Origin: Haliotis rubra
Taxonomy: Eukaryota
Assembly (NCBI RefSeq): GCF_003918875.1
Contig: NW_025767076.1
Span: 682,001-746,000, forward strand
DNA: 64,000 nucleotides
Reading direction: 5' to 3'
In this document: positions 52,565-64,000 of the stretch, piece after piece
How positions within the stretch are numbered: the stretch's first letter is position 1
How the letters are laid out: each line of letters opens with the position of its first letter
Translations under genes and position numbers: made by a program
Notes under the pieces: generated by a model
Seen by the model: only the letters and a program-made list of their open reading frames with translations
Told to the model about the DNA's origin: nothing
The model's database searches: none

Positions 52565-53038
52565 CTCACATACTCACACTCCACTCACAACCCCGCTCTC
52601 CACTCTCACACCCACACACCGCTCACATACTCACACTCCACTCACTACCCCATTTTCCACTCAAACACCCACACACCGCTCACACACCCACACACCACTC
52701 GCATACTCACACTCCACTCACACCACCACTCTCCACTCACACCACCACTTTCCACTCACACCCAACTCCCCACTCACACACCCACACACCACTCACACAC
52801 CACACTCACACCCACACACCACTCTCACACCCACACACCACTCACACCCCACACCCCACTCACACCCACACACCACACACCACACACACACATGCTCCAC
52901 TCAAACACCCGCTCTCCACTCTCATACCCACACACTACTCACATCTCCACTCCCCACTCACACCCCGCTCATAGCTCCTAACTCACGCCGACCACTCACG
53001 CCCCCACTCACACACATGCTTCACTCATCTTTCCCCCC

Positions 53039-53098
<60 letters not shown>
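52565..53098. repeat. CA-rich low-complexity tract ending in a compound (CA)n(CT)n microsatellite
   Basis: Direct reading; the pure microsatellite spans ~53040-53098. Confidence 0.93.
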
Positions 53099-53100
<2 letters not shown>

Positions 53101-53369
53101 TTGACTGAACAAGGTGTCCATTATCTCTCCTGTGCTCAATTTGCAGGAAGTTATAATTGTCCTTGCATGTCGACTTCGACAAACATTTCTTGATCTTTGT
53201 GTGTGAGAGGGGATACAGCAGTAATGACTGGTAATTACAGTGATTGTGTGGTGGGAAAGTGGTTATTGATCTGCGGCCACAAAGGACAACAGTACAGCCG
53301 TGTATGTCCTTCTGCTGCCGCCAGTTGGTGCGGGCCGCATGTATCTCAGCCATATGTATTGTTTAGAAC

Positions 53370-55672
53370 CTTTGTCGTGGAAGACAGTGGTAGGAACACC
53401 AACTGTGAAGAGTCGTTGTTATAGTTTGTCATGGAAGACAGTGGTAGGAACACCAACTGTGAAGAGTCGTTGTTATAGTTTGTCGTGGAAGACAGTGGTA
53501 GGAACACCAACTGTGAAGAGTCGTTGTTATAGTTTGTCATGGAAGACAGTGGTAGGAACACCAACTGTGAAGAGTCGTTGTTATAGTTTGTGATGGAAGA
53601 CAGTGGTAGGAACACCAACTGTGAAGAGTCGTTGTTATAGTTTGTCATGGAAGACAGTGGTAGGAACACCAACTGTGAAGAGTCGTTGTTATAGTTTGTC
53701 ATGGAAGACAGTGGTAGGAACACCAACTGTGAAGAGTCGTTGTTATAGTTTGTCATGGAAGACAGTGGTAGGAACACCAACTGTGAAGAGTCGTTGTTAT
53801 AGTTTGTGATGGAAGACAGTGGTAGGAACACCAACTGTGAAGAGTCGTTGTTATAGTTTGTCATGGAAGACAGTGGTAGGAACACCAACTGTGAAGAGTC
53901 GTTGTTATAGTTTGTCATGGAAGACAGTGGTAGGAACACCAACTGTGAAGAGTCGCTGTTATAGTTTGTCATGGAAGACAGTGGTAGGAACACCAACTGT
54001 GAAGAGTCGCTATTTATAGTTTGTGATAGAAGACAGTGGTAGGAACACCAACTGTGAAGAGTCGCTAGTTTGTGATGGAAGACAGTGGTAGGAACACCAA
54101 CTGTGAAGAGTCGTTGTTATAGTTTGTGATGGAAGACAGTGGTAGGAACACCAACTGTGAAGAGTCGTTGTTATAGTTTGTGATGGAAGACAGTGGTAGG
54201 AACACCAACTGTGAAGAGTCGTTGTTATAGTTTGTCATGGAAGACAGTGGTAGGAACACCATCTGTGAAGAGTCGTTGTTATAGTTTGTGATGGAAGACA
54301 GTGGTAGGAACACCAACTGTGAAGAGTCGCTTGTTATAGTTTGTGATGGAAGACAGTGGTAGGAACACCAACTGTGAAGAGTCGTTGTTATAGTTTGTGA
54401 TGGAAGACAGTGGTAGGAACACCAACTGTGAAGAGTCGTTGTTATAGTTTGTGATGGAAGACAGTGGTAGGAACACCAACTGTGAAGAGTCGTTGTTATA
54501 GTTTGTGATGGAAGACAGTGGTAGGAACACCAACTGTGAAGAGTCGTTGTTATAGTTTGTGATGGAAGACAGTGGTAGGAACACCAACTGTGAAGAGTCG
54601 CTGTTATAGTTTGTGATGGAAGACAGTGGTAGGAACACCAACTGTGAAGAGTCGTTGTTATAGTTTGTGATGGAAGACAGTGGTAGGAACACCAACTGTG
54701 AAGAGTCGTTGTTATAGTTTGTGATGGAAGACAGTGGTAGGAACACCAACTGTGAAGAGTCGCTATAGTTATAGTTTGTGATGGAAGACAGTGGTAGGAA
54801 CACCAACTGTGAAGAGTCGCTTGTTATAGTTTGTCATGGAAGACAGTGGTAGGAACACCAACTGTGAAGAGTCGTTGTTATAGTTTGTCATGGAAGACAG
54901 TGGTAGGAACACCAACTGTGAAGAGTCGTTGTTATAGTTTGTCATGGAAGACAGTGGTAGGAACACCAACTGTGAAGAGTCGTTGTTATAGTTTGTCATG
55001 GAAGACAGTGGTAGGAACACCAACTGTGAAGAGTCGTTATAGTTTGTGATGGAAGACAGTGGTAGGAACACCAACTGTGAAGAGTTGTTGTTATAGTTTG
55101 TGATAGAAGACAGTGGTAGGAACACCAACTGTGAAGAGTCGTTGTTATAGTTTGTGATGGAAGACAGTGGTAGGAACACCAACTGTGAAGAGTCGTTGTT
55201 ATAGTTTGTGATGGAAGACAGTGGTAGGAACACCAACTGTGAAGAGTCGTTGTTATAGTTTGTAGTGGTAGGAACACCAACCGTGTCGCTGTTATAGTTT
55301 GTCATGGAAGACAGTGGTAGGAACACCAACTGTGAAGAGTCGTTATAGTTTGTCATGGAAGACAGTGGTAGGAACACCAACTGTGAAGAGTCGTTGTTAT
55401 AGTTTGTCATGGAAGACAGTGGTAGGAACACCAACTGTGAAGAGTCATTGTTATAGTTTGTGATGGAAGACAGTGGTAGGAACACCAACTGTGAAGAGTC
55501 GTTATAGTTTGTCATGGAAGACAGTGGTAGGAACACCAACTGTGAAGAGTTGTTGTTATAGTTTGTCATGGAAGACAGTGGTAGGAACACCAACTGTGAA
55601 GAGTCGTTATAGATTGTGATGGAAGACAGTGGTAGGAACACCAACTGTGAAGAGTCTTTATAGTTTGTCATC
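53370..55672. repeat. Minisatellite, 54-bp unit (tttgtsatggaagacagtggtaggaacaccaactgtgaagagtcgttgttatag)
   Basis: About 43 copies, matching the 18-aa periodicity in the ORF track. Confidence 0.97.
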
Positions 55673-56373
55673 ACTTTTATCTACTGGTGGATGATTGTAA
55701 AAATATATCCTGTGCCTGATGACAAGATAGATGTTGGGTTCTTAATTACCTTTCTATACACTGGTTTAGGAGGACTGTGAACTAGGTAGTGTGACGTATG
55801 ACAGGACATTGTAGGTGGAACAACATTGTGGTTGAACATCACAAGGACAAAATGAAAATAATGTTCCTGACAAAATTCAATTTTACACTATCATATATGA
55901 TGTTTGAAAGTACAAAGATTGTACAGCTTATTGGACCACATTTTTTGTGGACATGTGAATGATATCAATATTTTTATGTAAAACCACACTTTTTAATATA
56001 TATGAAAACCAATGAAAATTCTACTTTATTTTTGCTGTCTGCAATGCTACACAATATTAATGTCCAAATGTGAGTACACTTTATGAATTATGCATGGAAA
56101 TGTGTCAAAATGAAGTCATGATCTGTACACATACAAGGTAGCTTTGCAGCAGAAACTTATTTTAGACTAAAATACAAACTTACATAGACAAATCTTACAT
56201 GCAGTAACAAAGCCAGGAGGAGAAAACATAGCACCAGTGAATATATGACGGTTCCATTCCTTCAGGTGATAGGCATTCCATATTCCTGATTATACAGAGA
56301 CTATCACACCAACCCTCAGGGTCTGTCAGGGTCAGCCTTATAGGGAATTGTAATCATCAGTTGTTGTTTTCAG

Positions 56374-56543
56374 GTGATTTGAAGAAGAGCAACTCCGATG
56401 ACAGCAAACATAAACGTAGTAACCGTGGCCTTTCCCCAAGGGGAACAACCTCCACTAGTGTACCTAGAGACAGCGGTACTGGTGGAGCCAAACTACACCT
56501 GGACTATGACCAGATAGAAACACTGGAGGAATTCAAAACATTG
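56374..56543 (+). CDS. SMTN: Smoothelin-like gene, exon 4 ((G)DLKKSNSDD...LDYDQIETLEEFKTL)
   Basis: Acceptor ttgttgttttcag, donor TTG|gtaggt at 56544. Phase 1/0 matches exons 3 and 5. Ends with the acidic first half of a smoothelin repeat. Confidence 0.88.
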
Positions 56544-57124
56544 GTAGGTTTTCTTTGCCATGTAGTAGATTGTTCCTCTGTGGGCCAGTGGTTACACGTA
56601 GCACTGTTCCTGCCATCAGCAATCCATCATTGCCTTCATGTATATTTCAGTAACTGTTATCAGAGTCACAGCAAAACATCTGAAGGTCATGTTACAGCAG
56701 CAGATACAATGGCCGAGTAACTCTGATGCTGGTGGTCAATGTCTTTTGTATATTGCAGACATGACAAGAAACTGATATGGTTACGTCAGCCTTGCCAGAT
56801 CACACGGGGCACTTCTAACAAATGTGTTACCAATATCGTCAGAGAGGCGTACTTGTATGGCATTCTCTACTGTCAGTTTGAAAGGGGAATGCACTGATCT
56901 CACTCTATTTGTAAGGGGAAGTGCTTATGATAGTGTTTCTGCAAGAGCAAGTGAGCTTTTTAGTGTGTTCATCTCAAAATGACACTATATATGACAGATG
57001 GCAACTGTGTAACACCTACACCTACAACACACATACAATTTGTCAAAATCCTGTAGTAGTGTCAAAAGTTGAGCATAATTTACGGCATATTTGAGGATAG
57101 TCCACCATGATGACGCCAGTGAAG

Positions 57125-58240
57125 AACCACTGATCTACACAAGTCACCAACTATCCCAGTGTAGAACTACCGATATACACAAGTCAACAACTATCCCAAG
57201 AACTACCATATCACCAACTATCCCAGTGTAGAACTACCGATATACACAGTCACCAACTATCCCATTGTAGAACTATCGATATACAGAAGTCACCAACTAT
57301 CCCAGTGTAGAACTACCAATATATACAGTCACCAACTATCCTAGTGTAGAACTACTGATATACAGAAGTCACCAACTATCCCAGTGTAGAATTACCGATA
57401 TACACAAGTTACCAACTATCCTAGTGTAGAACTACTGATATACACAAGTCACCAACTATCCTAGTGTAGAACTACCGATATATACAAGTCACCAACTATC
57501 CCAGTGTAGAACTACCGATATACACAAGTCACCAACTATCCTAGTGTAGAACTACTGATATACACAAGTCACCAACTATCCCAGTGTAGAACCTCCGATA
57601 TACACAAGTCACCAACTATCCCTGTGTAGAACTACTGATATACACAAGTCACTAACTATCCTAGTGTAAAACTACTGATATATACAGTCACCAACTATCC
57701 CATTGTAGAACTAATGATATACACAAGTCAACAACTATCCCAGTGTAGAACTACCGATATATACAAGTCACCAACTATCCCAGTGTAGAACTACCGATAT
57801 ACACAAGTCACCAACTATCCCAGTGTAGAACTACCGATATACACAAGTCAACAACTATCCCAGTGTAGAACTACCGATATACACAAGTCACCAACTATCC
57901 TAGTGTAGAACTACTGATATACACAAGTCACCAACTATCCCAGTGTAGAACTACCGATATACACAAGTCACCAACTATCCTAGTGTAGAACTACTGATAT
58001 ACACAAGTCAACAACTATCCCAGTGTAGAACTACCGATATACACAAGTCACCAACTATCCTAGTGTAGAACTACTGATATACACAAGTCACCAACTATCC
58101 CAGTGTAGAACTACCGATATACACAAGTCACCAACTATCCTAGTGTAGAACTACTGATATACACAAGTCACCAAGTATCCTAGTGTAAAACCACTGATAT
58201 ACACAAGTCACCAACTATCCTAGTGTAGAATCACTGATAT
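57125..58240. repeat. Minisatellite, 40-bp unit (aagtcaccaactatcccagtgtagaactaccgatatacac)
   Basis: About 27 copies. Confidence 0.96.
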
Positions 58241-58673
58241 TCTCAAGTAGGTAGGAAGCCATTGGGTTGCCTTCCCAAATCCAGGAGTGTGATGAAGATA
58301 TCTTGGAGTTAATGGTGTATCTGTAAGTCAGGTGGGTCGGTGGACACTGGGATTACTCCCCAGACACCTTGGTGTGGAGGGGAGAGCAGTTCTGTCTGTA
58401 CACAGCTAGAATCGATGAGAGACAAGTCCCACACAACACACCAACACTCTATCAATATTGTCCCAACAAATAACCTCACAACAGGATAACACTTCAATTT
58501 AGTTTGATTAAAGAAACATTGCCAATTTTGTGATGGTTGGGTGGGATCGTGTGTGTTTAATAGGCTTTGGCCACAATACTTCTGACTTTTTGAATTTTAT
58601 GACAATTGGTGTCGTACAAGTGAAACTTGGTGCTGGGATGTATGGCTGGTAAACCTGATTGACTTGTTTGCAG

Positions 58674-58752
58674 CTCGCGGTCACAGAAGATTTTGAAGAG
58701 AAGAGGAAAATCAGGAATTCTATGCGTCAGCTTCGAAGACGGTTGGAATTAG
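58674..58752 (+). CDS. SMTN: Smoothelin-like gene, exon 5 (LAVTEDFEEKRKIRNSMRQLRRRLEL); gene continues downstream
   Basis: Acceptor cttgtttgcag, donor G|gtaagt at 58753, phase 0/1. Contains the DFEEKRKIRxxMRQLR motif. Confidence 0.9.
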
Positions 58753-59432
58753 GTAAGTTATTATAAGCCATTTGTTTACTTTCCTCTGTACTAGGCAGTG
58801 TAACAAAAGCATGTGAATGGCATATACTACAATGGTGGTTGATACCCAGTATGTGTAATGAATATAAAACTTTCTTTCTCATTTTCTAGATTGTTATTAA
58901 GTGATATTATTGCCATTGACCACCTAGAGCCACAGGTCAAAAGCTCCATGCAAATATGTTTAGTTTATTGTGTTTATAAATAATGGTCACTTCCCGTGAT
59001 TTACAGCCACAATGAGGGTTTCTGTGGCGTCCATGTACACACTGTGTCCCCTCCACTGTATCTACCATCTCAGTGTAACAGGACTTTACCACCATAATCC
59101 GATATAACTGTGTACCTAGCTGGGATATTTTTAATGAGGGTCTTATACTTAACAAGTAAACACTGCTGAAAACCGAGTAATGGGCCAAATGCTTCAACAA
59201 ACATTGTGTAGAATATTTTAGCATTATTCATTTTGAGGGTGAGGACTGTGTTGATGTGAGGGTGGCTGGATATATATGAAGTGGGGTTGTGAGGTATCTT
59301 ACACCCAGATACAGGAGCCTGCAGTGTGTTCAGGTGGAGAAGCTGGTGTACTGCTGGGGAGCAGGGTAGGATCAGAGAGCTGTCAGTGGTTTTTGCTGTC
59401 TGTGCTTATGAACTTTTATTGTTGATTTACAG

Positions 59433-59441
59433 ATTTAGAAA
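59433..59441 (+). CDS. Candidate 9-nt frame-preserving microexon (ATTTAGAAA)
   Basis: ttttattgttgatttacAG|ATTTAGAAA|GTAAGT. After phase-1 exon 5 it reads D-L-E with no stop. Confidence 0.4.
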
Positions 59442-61884
59442 GTAAGTATGGGCCATTAATTAGCTAGTCCGAGTTGTGATAGCTTAGTCGTTTTGTTGAG
59501 AGAGTTTATCTAGATAGCCCTTATATCAAGTATAGCATATATATCAGGGGACACATGCTTTTAACTTTAGTAAATTATTAACATTTTGATATTTTTAATA
59601 AATGTGGTATTCTCTTTGAGATGCTGGGATCTATGTTGGCAGTGGTACAACGATGTACCCAGGTACAATTCAGTAACCACCAAACACTGAAGGAACATGG
59701 ATGTACCTTGTGCAGAGTAGTGATATATTGTACCCTTGTTACAAATGTACACCTTAACAGCCTCAGTAGAACTAACAGGTGCTTTCATCATAGCTTCTTA
59801 TGCATGGCTTCTTCAGCTTGATGAATGTAGCGTGGTGTGGTGGGAGGATGATGAGTTGTCTGTGGTGGGCTACCAGGTTGATGGGAGAAACTTTGGGGAA
59901 ATCAGTGATGTGAAGGTAGTGGTATTGAGGGGTACAGATTGGTGTTAAGAGATAATAAGGGGCACAGGTCGAGGGTAATGATATAAAAAAATATAGACTA
60001 GTGGTTAGCAGTATTAATGGTTACAGGGTATTTAGGGGGTACTTAGGGGTACAGATGAAGGGTAGTGGTAGTAAGGCGTATATTTAGGAGGTAGTGCTAT
60101 TAAGGTGGAAGGTAGTGGTATAAAGGGAAATGCTTGTCTTTGCCATAGTCAGTAACATGGTCATCAAGTAAGACAAACAGGGGAGTGATGGGTATTGTGT
60201 TGTATAGTATTTCTAGGACTTTTTGTTGGGCTAAAATATTTTGAGTATTTTAACTTCAGCTCCCAGATATCCTGGGTTTTTTTTAGTTAATAAATTTAAG
60301 AAGTGCAGTTGCACAACATTCATGCATGAAATCTACCTTGATGTTGATCCTCAGAGAAACATAACAAATGTTCATGAGAACAAGTTCAACCCACAAATAA
60401 AAGCCTCCACCTTGCCTGTGTGTTTAGAAAGAGCTCCTTACATAGTCAGTGCTTGTGAGCATTGTGCTAGAGGCTGCAGGCTGCAGTGACATAGGTATAC
60501 TGAGATGTTTGAGATTCCCAGGACTCCTGTGTGATGAGGAACATGGAGGAAATCTGTCACCAAGAACTAGTGAAACAACAGAGCTGTTGTGAAGGAAATA
60601 TAGCAGCAGGGACACTGTGACAACTGATTGTTGCTGCTTTTCAATGATTTCTTTGAGTGGCATTTAGAAGCTGGAATGATGAACAGGAATGATTCTTATG
60701 GATACTTGCTTAGAACAGTGTTAGCATCTACACCAAAACATTGCATCCATTGCAATAAAGAAGTTGTCTATCCATAACTAATTGGTCCTGTTTTTCAATG
60801 ATTGTGTTTTAAAATATAAAATTGTTGAAGATTCCAAGTTGAAGGAGTTGAAGTATATTTGATGGCAGCCATGTTGACCTTGACTGTATTCCTGAAGGTG
60901 TGATTCTCAGTTCAGATGATAACAACTCGTTTGTCATGTTGTGACAGAGCAGAAGCATTATAATTGGAAGTGAACAATCTAATAATAATTATAGCTCCAC
61001 TATTATAGACTCCACTGTAACTGCAGGACCATGGTGTTTTAGTTGTGGATGGTGTGTAGTGGGGAAGGCAGTATCTACCACCATCAGCCTCCTCCCCTGA
61101 TGACTGTAGACAGACGTACCAGTCACAGACAGGTCCTTGTATAGGGTGTCTCACACCAGACCACCCACCTATGTATGTCTGTATGTCTGTATGTATAACT
61201 TGGGGCTGTCTGCTTGACACTGGGCTGCTGTGAGGTTCAAGGTCCTGTGATTCTGCTGACCAGGGGTCAGCCACAGCCTCCAGCCTCCTCATTACACACT
61301 TGACCACGTAGGGATTAGACAGGAGACACAGGATGTCCTCTGTACCGGAACTGTTATGTCAGCAGACTGCTTGTTTTCAAATGCTTTGGCAGAATACGCA
61401 CTCATCATTTACCTTACCTCATTTGTCAATCTTTGTTTTAAAATAACACATATCTTTTTAATTCCTCTTTCATCAATGTCATATTTGATCGTTTGATCTA
61501 TTAAGAAAAAGTCACCAAAAATATATATACCCTTTGCTTGATCAACTGAGTGTCTGATGCTGCATGTTAATGGTATGTTCAGTATGGCAATTTGTACTTC
61601 ATGTTATTAATGGTAAATTTTGCCTGTGACCTGCATGAAGGAAGGGTATGGGGTTTATGACATCCTGTGCACTTTGTCCTGTATGTGACACTTGTTGTGT
61701 AGCTAAGCCTTCAGATGGTCACACAATACCTTCATTCACACAGACAGCGGGAACCAGACACTGACAATTACTGCTGGCCTATTCTCATATCCTTAAATCT
61801 ACACTTGAAACAGTTACACCTTGAGAATGTGCCAGGAGGCACTGTGTACCTCAGCTGAAGCCTGGTAGTGGTAGTGAACCCGGG

Positions 61885-62985
61885 TACAGGTAGAGGGTAG
61901 TGGTATTGCCTTGTAGGGATGCAGGGTAGTGGTATTGACTGGTAGGGATGCAGGGTAGTGGTATTGCCTTGTAGGGATGCAGGGTAGTGGTATTGACTGG
62001 TAGGGATGCAGGGTAGTGGTATTGATGGGTACTGATGGAGGGTAGTGGTATTGATGGGTACTGATGGAGGGTAGTGGTATTGATGGGTACTGATGGAGGG
62101 TAGTGGTATTGACTGGTAGGGATGCAGGGTAGTGGTATTAATGGGTACTGATGGAGGGTAGTGGTATTGATGGGTACTGATGGAGGGTAGTGGTATTGAT
62201 GGGTACTGATGGAGGGTAGTGGTATTGACTGGTAGGGATGCAGGTAGTGGTATTGATGGGTACTGATGGAGGGTAGTGGTATTGATGGGTACTGATGGAG
62301 GGTAGTGGTATTGATGGGTACTGATGGAGATTAGTGGTATTGACTGGTAGGGATGCAGGGTAGTGGTATTGACTGGTAGGGATGCAGGGTAGTGGTATTG
62401 ATAGGTACTGATGGAGGGTAGTGGTATTGATGGGTACTGATGGAGGGTAGTGGTATTGATAGGTACTGATGGAGGGTAGTGGTATTGACTGGTAGGGATG
62501 CAGGGTAGGGGTATTGATAGGTACTGATGGAGGGTAAATGTATTGATAGGTACTGATGAAGGGTAGTTGTGTTGATATGTACTGATGGAGGGTAGTGGTA
62601 TTGATAGGTACTGATGGAGGATAGTGGTATTGACTGGTAGGGATGCAGAGTAGTGGTATTGATGGGTACTGATGGAGGGTAGTGGTATTGATATGTACTG
62701 ATGGAGGGTAGTGGTATTGATAGGTACTGATGGAAGGTAGTGGTATTGATAGGTACTGATGGAGGGTAGTGGTATTGAGTGGTAGGGATGCAGGGTAATG
62801 GTATTGATGGGTACTGATGGAGGGTAGTGATAGAGGGGTACAGGTAGAGGGTAATGGTATTGATCGGTACAGGTAGAGGGTAGTGGTATTGATAGGTACT
62901 GATGGAGGGTAGTGATAGAGGGGTACAGGTAGAGGGTAGTGGTATTGAGGGAAACAGGTGGGCGCTAGTGGTATTGATGGGTACA
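61885..62985. repeat. Minisatellite, ~29-bp two-variant unit (agggtagtggtattgatgggtactgatgg / ...ctggtagggatgc)
   Basis: Direct reading. Confidence 0.94.
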
Positions 62986-64000
62986 GGTGTGTGAGGGGGG
63001 AGGGGGGATGGAGGGGTACAGGTGTTGGGGTATTGTGAGGTACAGATGGAGTTAAGCTGTATTGTAGGACAGGTGGTTGATCTCCCCCCAGCCTGTCCAG
63101 GACCTCACTTCAGATCTCTTACACCTGAGAATTGTTTTCATTCTGTGATTGTGACCTGAAGGTGGGAGGTAGGCCAGCAATAAAAGTGGTCCTCCATTCA
63201 TTCTGAAGTTTTAGTTTGTTTGATACAGGCGGCAGAGTTATGCCTGTTTTCAAGTTCCCTCCTTAAATGTGTATGATGTATGTGTGGCATGTAATGTGTC
63301 TGCGTAAAGGGGTTGTATGCACACATACAGTTTATGATTTTTGCACAGTATATGGAGGTTGTCAGCTGATGTACCGTAGAGGTACTTGCAGGACACTATT
63401 ATAGTAGCCAAGATGACTCAACATGGAATATGTTCGCCACTGTATACAAGGTGCCTCATCTGCACCTACCAGGCTGCCACCATGCTGTTCCAAAACGTAT
63501 TTTATATCTTCACATACCCAGGGGGCATATTTTATAACTTTCACAAAGTCCATTTGTGTTGTAAAGTGAAAAATGGAAATACCTAAGATTACTTTATTTC
63601 CTAAACTTAGAGCATGTAAGATTTTTTCATTTTTTTCGTATGTTTTGTTTTGTGTTTGATAATGATAAGTGGGGATCCTATGGATGACCCTTGATAAGAA
63701 AAATGATTCCTCAGTGCTGTAGAATTTAATTTGAAAACTATGACACTAGGTGGAGATGTAAGATTGTTTGTTGTGTCAGTGCACTGTTCCTACTTGACAA
63801 CAGTGGACAGAGAACACTCCTTTTCCACCAATCGTCACAATAAGGGGGAAAAAGTATCCATCAGTGAGGTGCGTCGTGGCTACACCTGACCTACATCCAG
63901 CCTTCATCACATGTACAGGAAGAGAGGCAGGCAGGTATAGCTCACCTCAACCCAGTCTCCACACAGTCACCCACCACCCGGGCTTCTGTACGAAACACTC

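Noticed and set aside
59818-59916. Possible exon LDECSVVWWEDDELS after cttcttcag
   Set aside because: Needs phase 0, but exon 5 ends in phase 1, which gives an immediate TGA. No domain similarity.
58753-64000. Expected C-terminal calponin-homology domain exons
   Set aside because: Not found; presumably downstream of the window.

Overview
Eukaryotic (animal) genomic DNA. The SINE, MITE and minisatellite content looks molluscan, possibly abalone-like, but that is an impression from memory. The window holds the 5' part of one large + strand gene, a smoothelin-family (SMTN-like) cytoskeletal gene, which the ORF track mostly misses. Five coding exons join in frame with GT-AG introns: 4777-4821, 33809-34861, 35351-35447, 56374-56543 and 58674-58752 (481 codons; the gene continues past the window). 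They encode three smoothelin-type helical repeats, each split by a phase-0 intron at the same position. There is a candidate alternative first exon (43710-43761) that would give a short isoform, and a candidate 9-nt microexon (59433-59441). About 40% of the window (my rough sum, ~26 kb) is unrelated minisatellite arrays, which explain all the long repetitive ORFs. The introns also contain three SINE families, non-autonomous DNA transposons with Ginger-, Kolobok-, MULE-, Harbinger- and hAT-like ends, a decayed LINE, two foldback palindromes (one with a hammerhead-ribozyme core) and two assembly gaps. All calls were made by eye, without database searches.
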